The notes beneath the pieces are model-generated. The model saw only the letters and a program-made list of their open reading frames with translations. It was not told the DNA's origin and searched no databases. The translations under genes and the position numbers were made by a program. Shown here piece by piece: positions 1-12,943 of a stretch of 64,000 nucleotides of DNA; the stretch's first letter is position 1, and each line of letters starts with the position of its first letter. Where the stretch lies: contig CDROCS010005585.1 in assembly GCA_977020255.1 (NCBI GenBank), positions 124,001 to 188,000 on the forward strand, read 5' to 3'. This DNA comes from Obrimoposthia wandeli. Lineage: Eukaryota.

Positions 1-150
1 GTCCACGGCCTCGGCGCGTGTTGTAACCATGACTTGGAAATCGTATCTGCTATGGGAGGTGCTAGTGCGTCGGGCTTTGTACTTGCTGATCTCATCAGCT
101 GATAAATCGTTGATGCATGCCAATTTGGAGACTTTGGCCTCTGCAGCCAT
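1..150 (-). CDS. Candidate coding segment of an unidentified gene running off the left edge (MAAEAKVSKLACINDLSADEISKYKARRTSTSHSRYDFQVMVTTRAEAVD...)
   Basis: 50 open codons from an ATG at 150, GC-rich with many C-ending codons like the verified exons; no family recognised. Confidence 0.35.
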   Translation of the reverse strand, partial: MAAEAKVSKLACINDLSADEISKYKARRTSTSHSRYDFQVMVTTRAEAVD

Positions 151-1538
151 CTACCCTACTCTCGAATATAGAAAATTCAATTGGAGTGTTTATTCGTATT
201 TCAGAAAAACATATTATTTTAAACAAGATCCCGAAATGATTCCAGATTTTATTGTTCCTACGAACTTGTGAACTTCGGATTTGAAACGATATATACAGTG
301 ATCTGCAAAAGGAATCAAACAAGATCCTTTATATCGCAATGGTTTATTTTCTATTACATACGATATCTCTGCGGAAAAAGTACCAAAATCAGAATTACCT
401 TAATTTATTAACAAATATACTTTGTAAACGTTCGTAGACAAAAATATAAGCAAACTTCCGAAACCAAAGAAACATTTTGGATTTTTAAAATCAATATAAA
501 GTGTATAATTTCTTATGATTTCTTCTATTTCTTTCTCTCATTATTTTCCCCCCTCATTAGTAGAATAAACAATCTAATATAACTTATGTATATTTTAAGG
601 GATCCTCATATTCCAAATCATATTAAAGTATATCTAAAATGTAACTTAATAAAACTTTAAAGAAACATTTTGAGTTAGGTAACGAACTCTTAGGTAAGAA
701 TAATAATAAGCAAATTTAGTTGATTTAATATATGTAACTGATCTGAAAATAATTTTTTAAATTATAAATTTAAAACGGAATCAAATCATAATTTTCGAAA
801 GTGCAAATAGAAATACGACCTTAAAATTGTTCAGTTAACACTTGTCAAAATTAATATGAATGTAATGGCTTATTCGACGAGTTACAAGAACAAGTTAAGT
901 CGATTACAAGCGAGAAACCAATTTATCAGTGGCGACTGATAGTTCAGCACGATTCACTATCAACTGAAGGCTACCATATTTCTTCAGTATCTACTGACAA
1001 TTTAACAGGTATCGACAAAAATATTTACGAAGTATAAAATTTTCTTTACGACTAACATTTATGCCTTTGAGCAAGTTTCACACACTAAAATATATCAATA
1101 ATGTAAATCAGTTCAATTACGATAATATAACTGATGACAACCATTGTGCTGAAAGCAAGAAAATTGTAAATGCAAATCATCTGAATGGCACAACTAAAGG
1201 TACCAGTCAGGGTGCAAGGGTTGATATCAAGATAGGTAATGCAGATAAATCGTATAAAAGACATGGAAGTTGAGTTGGAATTATGTAGTCACCGTCATCA
1301 ATTTGTTACATCTGAAAAGTCTTCTTATGTTGCTGTGTGATCCTCGGCTTTTCCAGACTTCACTCGATTTTGTTGATCTATGCGTAATCAATTCGATTTT
1401 CGTACCTCAATACAAAAAAAGTCCAATAGCTTTATAAGGAAATATTGAAAGACTTTTATAAATAAAATAAAGTGACATTCAAAAATATATATTTTATTTA
1501 ATATAGAGTTTAATTTTAAGTTCCAATATCAACTAAAG

Positions 1539-1785
1539 CAGCGGTTCCCAACCTTTCTGGTGCGGTGACCCCATTGATAACATTTGCCAAATTGCGGTGA
1601 CCCCAAGAATATGGGTTAATTGACTATTATAATTAGAGAATAGTGATATTACCGCGAGAATACAACACAAGGACATTAGGTATCATAAAACAACTTTTTA
1701 AAAGGCCTTGCTGCCTTAGGCGACTCCAGGCAAATTGTCAAGCGACCCCATTTTGGGGTCGCGACCCACAGGTTGGGAACCGCTG
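1539..1785. mobile_element. hAT-family MITE, intact (247 bp)
   Basis: 16-bp TIR CAGCGGTTCCCAACCT / AGGTTGGGAACCGCTG with perfect 8-bp TSD AACTAAAG (1531-1538 and 1786-1793). Confidence 0.9.
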
Positions 1786-4454
1786 AACTAAAGTAAATGT
1801 CAAAATAATTTTTAAGAAAATATCATGTTATATCAGCTATCAGACATTGTCTATAAATTTAATCTTAAATTTAATCAAAAAATCATCTAGCAATAATTTT
1901 AGAAATGGCTTTTGATGGCGTTTACATGTTATGAACAATATACTGTATTTATGTCAGAAAAGTAAACTATTTAGTTCAGAAGGATTTTTAATTATTTTTA
2001 TAGGTAAGATTACAGATTTAATATTATATTCAAATATATTCAAAGTTTAATATTAAATTAATAATGTTTGCTAATATATTATATATTTTATTTATAATAA
2101 AACTTTGTTTATTTGCTTATTTGTATCTCAATTTTTGTTTAAAATAAATAATTAAATCATACAAATCCTTTTGATTAACAATAGTTACATTTTTATACTA
2201 AACATTTAGAATATATGTCAACTTTAATAAATTTAAATAAAATAATATTCATATGATAACTGATATTTTTGTATTAATTTTAATATGACCGATTTCACAT
2301 CAAAAAGTTGTCAGTAAAAGCTCGAGTCCTGGTTCGAACGTAATTTTTTAATGATTTATTTTAAAATTACTCATGTTTAATGTATATTATTAAATTTATA
2401 GATTAAATGATTATTATAAATGAATTTAATATTAATATACGTTATAAATATTTTATACTTTTAATAATTTAGTTTAATTTGTGACTACACAACATTTTAT
2501 ATTATCAACTTTAAGTAATAGAATAATTAGAAAAAGTTATCTTTATTTCTTTAAACCGGCGAGCTTTTTGTGAATTTTTTTTGCATAAAATTTACATATT
2601 TATGAAGAATATATAAAACTCATATTTATATTTATGAAACTTTTCGATATTTAATCTAATGTACAATAATGGAATATAGAGAAAGTTAAGAGTTTGAGAA
2701 GTTACATGAGTTAGTAGAATGAATCTTAATAACATTAGCACAACTTATAATAAGATAAGACTTAGTAAGCTGTACGAAGGACAGATAAGAGAATGAATGA
2801 ACTAGTTAATGTTTATACTAACATAAGCTAAATCAATGTGGTGGACAAAAATGTTGATATAAGTGAAAGTAAACATTAAATAGAAGGAAAGTATGGTCAA
2901 AATTGTACAGAGGACCGTTACATCGATCAGTACAATGCATTTAGGAAATTTTCCATAGAATACCGATGGAAAATGATAAAAGACAAAAGTGAATGTAGTA
3001 AATGCTTAAAGATAGGCCATTAGGAATAAGTTTGTAAGTACGGACAATTATGTTATTATGATGAATGTAGTCAAGGGCAGTATAGAAAGACATACTAACT
3101 CAAGTGACCAGATACATTTACAAAGTTCAAGTAGGTGGATGGAGATACCTGTGTCTTATAAAACCGTGCATATGTGTGGAGTAAAATTTTGTACATGTGT
3201 GCCCAGTCTAATTCACTCCACCCACATTTTTTGAGTGTCACATAGAGTGAAATTTCGTGCATGTGTATCTTAATTTCACATCCGACCTCAAAAGTGATTA
3301 AAGAAGACCACAGGAATCCATATTGACCCCATTGACTTATTGTAGACCAGATTTAAGATAAAAATTTGTATAAATATATGACTACATTTTTTATGCCTAT
3401 TAGGTCAGATTTATATATTTATTTTTTATGAAAAAAACAAGACAAAATTAATTTAAATAATATTTATTAAAAAAAACAAATTTGAAACATTATATTAGAT
3501 TCACTTAAAGTATAAATTTGTATGAGAAGAAAAAACAAATGACAAGACACTTAATTTCATACTTTTTTGAAAAAGATTAAATATAAACATAATAGCTTCA
3601 CTCAAAGGCCAAATAGGTTGTATTTTCAGTTTCAAGCTGAAAAGAATTTATTTCGTATATAAAACCAGATATGTAATATTTCAAAATATTTTTGAATTGA
3701 TCAATATCAGATGTTGTTATAATTTCAATTAAATATTTATTTTCGACTTTTGATATTTTTACAGGATGCATAACTCGTCTACTCTAATGCCTCTTCATAT
3801 TTTACATGATTTTCCTTTTAAAATTCTTCCGGATATTTAAAGTTTCGTACATAACTTAGACGAGGATCCATTCTAAATAAATAAAAACGGATTATAAAAC
3901 AAAGTTTATAAAAACAAATATTAAAATAATATACAAATATTATAAAATTTAAAAAAAGCTGTTTACAATTAGTTACATGCAAGAATATACAAATGAAATA
4001 AATAAATTTAACATGGAAAAAAAAGAAATAGTAAAAACATAGGGATATAAGCACGTTCAATTTTTCACATAGGTAGCTTTGTTCCAATTTCATCATTCTT
4101 GTAACCTTAAAGTCGAGTTGTTACAGTTCATTGCTTCTTTTTCAGAAGCGCTTCAACTTATATTTCTCTTCCATATTCATCAAAAAATGCTGCATCAACT
4201 CCTCGGATATAAAATTCGTTCTTAATAAATGTAAAACTTGGAACTACTATTTCGACTTTCTGTTTAAGATATTGAAAATCTGGTTTTTGAATATTTGATA
4301 GATAATAGCTAAACATTCTTCTTTCAAGTTATTAATTTAAAACGAAAAGGTAAATCAAGTAAAATCCAGAAGTTATATGATTTAAACATAAGCAACAGCA
4401 AAATATTGATATAAACAAACGTAAAAAAGTTGAATGAACAATATTTGAAAAACT

Positions 4455-5655
4455 AGTTGTGCTGCAATTGAATTGTGTATTTTTGATAAACCTCTTCCAT
4501 AACTTTTTGTAGATAATGCTTCCTTTCAAGAAATATTTATAGTTAACTCAGTTACAGGAACCACCTTAACCAATTTAGAATTTAATATTAATGGTTTCAA
4601 TATTGATTATTTAGATTTGAATGAGACTTTACTTTATGTTCAACTAAAAGTAACAGTTTTCGATGGTACTAATTTAGAAGAAAATACAGATGTAATATTT
4701 GCCAATTACTTGTTTAACTCTTTATTTAATGATGCCATTGTTACTCTTAATAATATTAAAATTGAAAGTGGAATTTCTTCCTATGCTCATAAAGTTTTGA
4801 TTGAAAGTCTATTGCATTATAGTACTGATAATTAATATACTAATTTGGCAACAATTTGTTTTGATAAAACGGCTGCAACTAGCAAAGAATGGCTTGCAGA
4901 GTCTTAAGTGTACAAAAAGTGTGTATATGAAAGTAAATTTCTTTGAACAACCTAAATATTTTATTCCCGGTGTTAATGTATATATTTGTTTGAAACGCAA
5001 TAAATGTAATTATTATTTGATAAGCACATACGTTCTAAAACCTAGACTTGATATTTTAGATGCAAAACTGTTTTTCTGAAGTGTTAAAACCAAGCATTTT
5101 GTGTTAATGGTCCATAATATAGAAATGGAAAAACGTGTTATCCTATTAGAGAAACTAAACTTATAACATAATCTTTGGGTACGGGTACGCAAGCTTTTAA
5201 TAAGGATCAAATGTTTTGTGATGTAAGATTGCCAAAATTCGTTTTAATTTAATTTCAATAAAATCCAAAGTGACTAGAAAAATATAAGACAGATGTAAAT
5301 AAATAATCTATATATATGTTCAGTGACACTTTCAAGAACACACCTATAAAACAGATTTCGAAGGTAATGCTTATGCCCTGGCTTATACTCAATGTATTAT
5401 TCGAAATAATGGTCAACTAGATAAAAATATAAACAATGGTATTTCTTTCAATTAGTTTAAAAACCACTGTTCATTCTTCACATTTGTTTTGATGTCCGAA
5501 TTTGACATAAACCAATGCCAACTACCAAAATATGGAAATTTGCGACTAGAGATTAAATTCAATGTAGCTTTAACAAATCCTATTACAGGGCTTATTTACG
5601 GAGTATTTTATTCGGAAATACAAATAAACAAAAACAGGACTGTCATATTATAAAA
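4455..5655 (+). mobile_element. Polinton/Maverick (adintovirus-like) major capsid protein pseudogene
   Basis: Broken frames LEFNING..DYLDLNETLLYVQLKV..DG, NSLFN..VTLNN..SYAHKVLIESLLHY, FEQPKYFIPGVNV, GNLRLEIKFNVALTNPIT..Y; several stops and frameshifts. Confidence 0.75.
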
Positions 5656-5699
5656 TGAAGTAAGACACTTTATAATTAATATTTATTAATTTTAATTTA

Positions 5700-6030
5700 G
5701 TTCAGTACAGTAGAAGTAAGAATCAGCAGAGAAGTTACTGGATGATAAATTCAATGGTATTTATCCTATTGATATGATTTAATTTTTCCAACATGGACGC
5801 TACATTATCAATACTCATACTTCGAATTTACAAGGAGAACATTCGATAACTATTTATGTTAAAAAGTGGAAAATACATGTATTTGATCCACTTACAATGT
5901 ATTATCCACACAAACCTGTTTCAACTGTTCAAAAATTACGAGAAGAGTTTTTTACAACAAGATACAATACCAAAATTTAGCAACGAGAAATTGTGGGCAT
6001 TTATATATTTTATGGTTATTGTTGCAAAAT
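5700..6030 (+). mobile_element. Polinton adenain-like cysteine protease remnant
   Basis: YIINTHTSNLQGEHSITIY...VFDPL and a downstream CG motif, immediately after the capsid gene as in Polintons. Confidence 0.6.
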
Positions 6031-6289
6031 GATTAATGTGTTATTATAATAAATATTTTTTAAATCATGTTTCATGTTGAATTTATTTTTTGAAACCCTA
6101 AAAATATAAATAATAATAGAAGATATATCTTTTTATATATACATTTATTCAGAAAATATCACGAATAAAGAGATGTAAGTAAAGATATGGCCCAACCTAA
6201 AAATGTATCGAAAAAAAACTAAATGTTAGAGTAAAGATGCCATAGGGATCTAAAATTTTAATAAAACTTAATTTTTTACAACAAACAAT

Positions 6290-6990
6290 TTGGAAGTATC
6301 CATAAGCCAGGCTATTGTTATTTTTTACTCAAAAGAGCTTGTCGTCATTTCTGGCTGGAGAGCTGCTATTGGCCGGGAGACTCGGGGTGAGACCGTCCCA
6401 CTCGTCAAAGAAAAGAGTAAGATCCACATCCTCGTCAAACTCGACCATGGATACAGTATCACATGGGAAAGTCGGAATCACAACGTCCCATTCGTCGATG
6501 AAAGGAGTCAAGTTTTCTTCGTCGACCACCTTTTCGTCATACGATGGTTCTTATAAGTAGTTTGATGCCTGTCTCGATATTATCGAAGAAGTTGCTCCTC
6601 TTTCTCATAGGTGTTTCTAACGGCCTTCTTGCTGCTTCCTTCGAAGTTGACGGACGAGCAGTGGCTACTGACTAATCAGGTCGATATATTGTGATATATA
6701 TATACCCCTCCTCTCGCTACAACCGGTGGTTCTCTCGGAGTCGAAAGAGTGAGAGGTTCGCCCATATCTCTCGGCTCTTGACTTACTGCTCTTCTTGCTG
6801 GTCCTGCTCATCTTGCTGGTGCTTCTGCTCGTCTTGTTGGATCTTCTCCTTCTTGGCTCACCACTGTTGAATCTTAACTAAGTAAGTCAAGGTACTGTGA
6901 CGGTGGTGGTGTTCGGTGCTGTACTGGAGAGAGATCTCAATACAGTTCCACCTCCATCTCTTCGTCTAAGTCGATATTATTGTAGAAGGG
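6290..6990 (-). mobile_element. Degenerate GC-rich acidic/Pro-rich ORF, probably from an unclassified mobile element
   Basis: Mostly one frame with scattered stops (DEEMEVEL...EPTRRAEAPAR...DEENLTPFIDEWD...); flanked by other TE debris. Confidence 0.35.
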
Positions 6991-7059
6991 TATGATAAAA
7001 ATGAGTTTTGGATTACACAATGTGAGAAGTTGCAGAAAGTAAGAATACCTATATTTGTT

Positions 7060-7353
7060 GTGGAAATAAAATATGATACACTATATTTAAATTTGTTTGT
7101 GTATGTGTCATGTGACGCATTTTGGGCTGTAGCCTATTTCAGAAATGTTCAATACGACGAAATTGATGTATTGTTACTAAAGACAAAATACAGAGTAGCT
7201 CAATTAAAACCAATCAATATTCCAAGTTTAAAATTTATGGCAACTGTTGAAGATTTAAAGTTGGCACTCGTACTCACAGACACAGAGAGTAGACGTATTA
7301 AATACTTAAGTTTCTGGTCAGATAGTAAATATGTGCTGTGGTGGATCAAATAA
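7060..7353 (+). mobile_element. BEL/Pao LTR retrotransposon RNase H-region remnant
   Basis: VYVSCDAFWAVAYFR...LLKTKYRVAQLKPINIPSLKFMA...FWSDSKYVLWWIK matches Pao consensus (F.DAS.KAY..VAYLR, KSRVAP, IPRLEL, FW.DS..VL.WI). Confidence 0.85.
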
Positions 7354-7476
7354 TATATATCAGGGATATATTATAATATATTTTTGTCAACTAAGAAGAA
7401 TATCAAGTTATGTCTTGACGAAGACTGTTTCATCAGAGTGAATAAAGTGTTTGTGGAAGAGAAAGAAGGAAAGACA

Positions 7477-7806
7477 AGGCCAATATGTCCTTTTTGTCAG
7501 TTGACATGATAGATGAACTGTTTTCTGGTGGTTTGGAAGTAGTACTGGAGGGACCAAAGTCCGGCGGCTGTTAAGTAATTTTGTTTAGTTGATAGTTTTA
7601 ATGAGTCTGTTGAAGTTAGTCTTGTTTTTAACTTTTGTTGGTAATTAAGTCTGATCATGGGAGTATGTTGCTAATTCATTACTGCTTAAGCAAATTTATT
7701 AATTCATTAATTAATTTAAATGGACCAATGAGAGACCAACATGCACTTTGAGTGCTTTATTGTCGATATATATTCACTGTGTTTATGAATGTCTGACTAA
7801 ATAAAA
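7477..7806. repeat. Dispersed repeat family 1, copy a (copy b 19842-20182)
   Basis: About 330 bp, aligns by eye end to end in the same orientation (aggccaatatgtc...gtctgactaaataaaa). Confidence 0.9.
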
Positions 7807-10800
7807 TACATATATACTGGGATTTTCATAAGGATTAAAAATTGTTAATTACTGAAAGTTGTGATGTTGAATAAAAAATAAATAACAAAGCCATTTAATT
7901 TTATAACTTTTTTGCTTCTTTGGACTATGAAGATGAAATAATTTGAAAATAAAATTTACTGTTACAAATTTAAAGCTTTTATTTAAAATAATTTAAAATT
8001 TTTATTTTAAAAGGTTGAAGTGAAATTTTATACTGAAAACAATTTGAAAAAAAATCCAATCCACACAATACCATCCCCACATGTCTATCTGTGGCAAGAT
8101 GACAGCAAACTATTTATGAAATTTACGAATTCTGATTTTTTATTAATGCCTTCTTATCCATACAACACATTGCAAACAAAGAACTACACTTGAAGTAATT
8201 ATAATAATTTTATTTATCATCGAGGATTAGATATTAGACATTATAATAATAAAATTTGCTTCAATATTTAATTTCACCAGCTGTAGCCAATGCACAATTA
8301 AAAGTGACTCATCGTTTGACTCAATTTTATAAAATGTATTATAATTTTCAAAATTTTATTATAAATTTGTTTTAGTATTGACTAATCTCAGATGTTTCAG
8401 TATGTTTTACTGATGAGGTCTAAGACAGAAACATGTCTGTGAGTAGTAAGATTACAAAGATGTTTTTATAAAGTTTTAAATTAATCCAATGCTTTGGGAT
8501 AAGATAGAAAAAATCTTCATTTTTAATATCATAATGTCGAACATATCATTCATTCCACGTGTATCTCTTTGTTTGCAGTGTTATTTGGATTGATAGATAG
8601 TTAAATATTGGTCTAATCACTTCTTTTGAAAATTGTTTCCGTATAAATTTTTAATATTTTTATTGGATATATAATTTTATATTTAAGTTACAAAAAAATG
8701 TCACGATAAATCTTTATTAAAGCAATTATAAAATTTTGTTCAAAAAATGAATATATAATTATATTTTAGAACAAATTTTGCTGTTAATTATTATAAAGTG
8801 AAGGTGTGAAAGTGAATATGATATTTTAAATTTAAGTTTTCCAATGTTACAAAACGTCCTTAAAATATGTTAATTTGTTTATAAATTATCTCAATACAAT
8901 AAGTAATATAATAGTTTTTTCATTCTGTTATATGTCATTAAAAATGTGATTTCGTTTTGAAAGTTCAAGTGTAACGTGTATATTTTTTGGATCATGATTT
9001 GACCTTTCAAATACACAAAATGAGCCACGAGGTACCTACTAACCAATATAATATATTTTGGTGTCTTTTGGTACTCAATATATATATTTTTTACAGCAAA
9101 CATTCTCTAAATTTCTGTGTATCTTTTCCAATATCGAATCGTTAAAATAATAACTTTTTGTTAAATATAAATTTTTTCCTCTGTCCTTTTTTAAGAGAAT
9201 GGAATGATAAAAATATTGTTGAAGGTAAGAACCAAATTAAGATCAGCTACTGATGATTGCGAAATATTTTCATAATTCATTTTTGGCCGAATACAAAAAT
9301 AAATCGTAAAAAGTACGAGTTTTTTTACAACATTCATTTTTAAAAATCAAATTCTGAAAATTACTTTTATCTTTCTCCTATATTGAAAATAAATTTTAAC
9401 ACAATTTTACTTTTATCTAAGTTGTTTCCTTTTGGTTATACTTAGAAGATGAACAATGTTACTAACAGTGTCTTTTAGTTGAAGCAAATAGCTCCACCAG
9501 AGACAATCACTAATGTAACAAATTCGCCAGCAGATATATCTTATGTCGCGGTAATTGTGTTATTGGCAGAGCCATTTCCCTGTAGCTACCAGACGAAAAT
9601 GGCTGCTACTCAGAGTTATCTTAACTGGTTAACTGTTGTTGACTCCATCAGCGCTAAAAGTTTCACATATTCACGAAATATACGCAATTGAGGAATATTT
9701 ATAGTTACTTTCTGTTTATATCATTGGCTCTTTTAAAAAATTCCATCATTATTTTATTTATTTCGTTTTAGAATTTCTAAAATAGGTCAAAGATTGTATT
9801 ACACAATTAAATGTTGACCTACAAAAGCATATTTAAATATTACTGTTGCACATGATTTGTAAAAGTCAATAAATTTAATTTTTATATATAGTTGGTTTAC
9901 CTTACAAAATTAACTTTATTCAGTAGTAAATTAATTTGCATTTATATTCCACAGCTCATATAACGTTTTGGAATACTAGATACTTTTTTAAATTTGAAAC
10001 TAAAAAATAAGTTAACTATTATTATTTTAGTAGTAGTTATTGTAAAATTATCTTGGAAAATTGTAGAAAAAATGAATGTTAAATTTTTGGGAAAAAAACT
10101 TATTATTTGGTACTTAAATACAAAGTCTTCTTAGAGCATGCGACGATTTAATTGAATTTTTCATAATGCCAACTTTAGGTGTATATAAATCATGAAACTA
10201 GGGAATATGTAAGCAATTTTAATAATGATATCAAAAGAAATGAATTATTAGCTGTGATATAGTGTAATATTGAGTCACAAAAAACGGTCAGACTAGCTCT
10301 GTGAAGTTTGTGGTACTAGATAACATGGGAAATCTTATAATGAAATGGTTCTATTTAAAGTTTTAACATATCAGATCAGAAGAACTGCGTACATTTAAAA
10401 CTTAATTTCATTTAAAAAACGACTTCAAATTGTTAAACAAAATCTTGCATGAGCGATTATTGATTTTAATACTAACTATAAATTAAAGTGTAAAATTGTT
10501 GAAATAATTTGTATATCATTAACTAAGATTATGTTAATTAAAATCACACAATATAAATCCAAATTAAGTTTCGATTCTTCAAAACTATTACAAATTTTCC
10601 AACTTGGAGTCGAGGCCCATTGCTTTTTATGAAATCAACTATCAAGGCTCACTGGCCAATCAAACTCAAATGGCAGTCTCAACTCGCAGTGGAAAAACTC
10701 AATTGGACCCTAGTATGAAGAAATGCAAGGCTTCGATACTGAGAAGGAACACACGGATGGCTTGGAGACATGCTAGGATACAAGACAAAATCAGAGCTGT

Positions 10801-12283
10801 GTTGAGAATCTGGTGTTGAGTAAACATGAACTATTTTGGTAGGGGATCTACAACTGGCTCTGGAGACCTCGACAAGAAAATATGTGTCGCTGCTCTAGAC
10901 AGAATCTTAAACTGTAAAGTCACCTAGAATTGGTGAAGTGAATAAACATGGTTTAAAGAAGACGTTCTGCCGACAGTTCTTCAGAGTTTTGGAATAATAT
11001 AGAACCCCATCATATAAGCATAGTTTCGTTATTATCGTTACACATTAAATAGATAAAAAATATTATGAATATTCTAAAGGATAAGCACAGAAAGTCAACT
11101 TCTACTCTAATATTATTATTTTTGGATATGTTTAATTCAAAATATCGAACTTAAGCTTATACATTGAGTTACGTTATTATTTACTTTCCAAATATATGAT
11201 TTTCATCTGTAAATCACGGGTACACTTTTGAGGTGTGAACTACTTCTATCATCAGGTTATTTAACATCAGCTTATACAGTTAAACGAGCTTTAATTTAAG
11301 AATCACATGATTATTATATTATAATTGATTTAATACAGTGAAATCCACTTTAATGGGTCACTGGTTAACCAACTTTATTGTAGCATGTACTTAAAAACTG
11401 ACTAAATGGTATGTTTTAAATGTCACTAAATTGGAGCACTAATTAGAGCCAGTTTTGAAATAAAAAAGTCAAATTATATGATGATATATTAATTTAAATC
11501 TTCTTGCAATTTTGGAAATTTTATGAAGATTTTATATAAATTGTTTTGCAAAATCTTTATTATAATTTTTTGAAAACTATTCAGAAAACTATTCATATAA
11601 GTCATTAATCGTTCAAAACCTTAAACATATTTACTTCATTTTAAAACTTTTGAAAACAGAAAATACGACAAATCTCATGGACATTATGTTGTGTTTTAGA
11701 CCAAATTGTCGAACACCATCTTACACAAGTCAATTTTATAGACTGAAGTTCAGGCATAATTATATTAATAAATAAACAGCATTCATTGTTGTGCTGAGGA
11801 TATATATAGGTCATTATTGAGTAATACAAACAAACCACACAATCACACATTCACCAGCATACATATTACCTAAAGACCCGTAGGTCTGTAAATCACAGTT
11901 TACACAATCTATTACACAAACCATTTAAAATCGAATCAAATACTTCTTCAATGATGATTTCTTCTGATTCTATAATACCAGTTTTCCAAAAACAAATTTT
12001 GATTAGTTCAATTTGAGTTTATAATTTTTTGATTTGATGTTTGAAGGGACTTTTGTTCTTTTTCGGGTCATTTTTACTGGTTCTTCAAATTAATGACTAA
12101 ATTTATAATCCAAAATTCAAAAATATTTAAACAAAAATGCATTTAAATTTTTAATCCGAAATTTTTATTTTTACAAGGGAAATAAATCTATTTTTCTCGG
12201 ATTACGGATTACGAGGTTCGGATTAATGAGACAGATTCGCATTGTTTCGAAACAAATTATTCACTTTTGTCTAATATTTTCCC

Positions 12284-12306
12284 CGGATTATCGAGGGTTG
12301 ACTGTA
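12284..12306. mobile_element. pogo/Tigger-type MITE terminal repeat
   Basis: cggattatcgagggttgactg|ta resembles a TACAGTCAACCCTCG-type end; partner end not pinned down. Confidence 0.4.
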
Positions 12307-12830
12307 TGTATTTATTGGGACACTAGCTTAATTGAGACAAAATGCATTTTACAATAGTTAGGTAATCAGAAGACGGAAATATCCTACCGAGAATATTTGT
12401 CCATACGATGGAAAACATAACTGCAAATGTGTCTCAATTAAACGGATTTCACTGTATAATACAAAATTAATTATTTTTAAAATCAAATGTTGTTGTTATG
12501 TTTATTAAATATTTAAAGATATATGAAAATTTATATAATTTCTAAATTATTTTGTTAACCAAAGAAAGATGTCGAAATTTTATATTTATGCATATGACTT
12601 TAATTTGCTTTAGACTTAGTGCAATTTTGAAATAACAAGCAATAAAACCGTTTATTTATTTGGTAATTATTTCAAGGATATGCGACAAACATGAAGCTCT
12701 GGTGTAAATTTAGGTAGACAAAAATAGAGTATCAAATTTACATTAAGTCATTTAAAACTTTATTACAGGGGCAATTTATATTTGATAACAGTTATATTAT
12801 TTACATAATCCCGAAGCATGCTTCGTGCAG

Positions 12831-12943
12831 GTCTCCAATGGCTACTGGGAGTTCTCCGAAGTGTTTTGTGACATTTTCATAATGCTAGATGTCACTTTCT
12901 GCACAGCATCAATTCTAAATTTGGCTGCAATCAGTATCGACAG
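12831..12943 (+). CDS. Dop2R: Dop2R exon: ECL1-TM3
   Basis: gtgcag|GTC...GACAG|gtatta; [37 protein letters not shown](R); 113 nt, phase 0 to 2. Confidence 0.93.

Noticed and set aside
5366-5400. MPWLILNV resembling the TM2 end (MPW) of the receptor
   Set aside because: It is an alternative frame of the Polinton capsid remnant, AT-rich, with no TM2 upstream.
9479-9691. ORF MKQIAPPETITNVTNSPADISYVA... as the missing receptor N-terminal exon
   Set aside because: No TM1 GNxLV or TM2 LAxxD motif and no suitable donor after a TM2-like segment; minus frames contain stops.
10600-10980. GC-richer segment possibly from a LINE 3' end
   Set aside because: Motif similarity too weak to assign.
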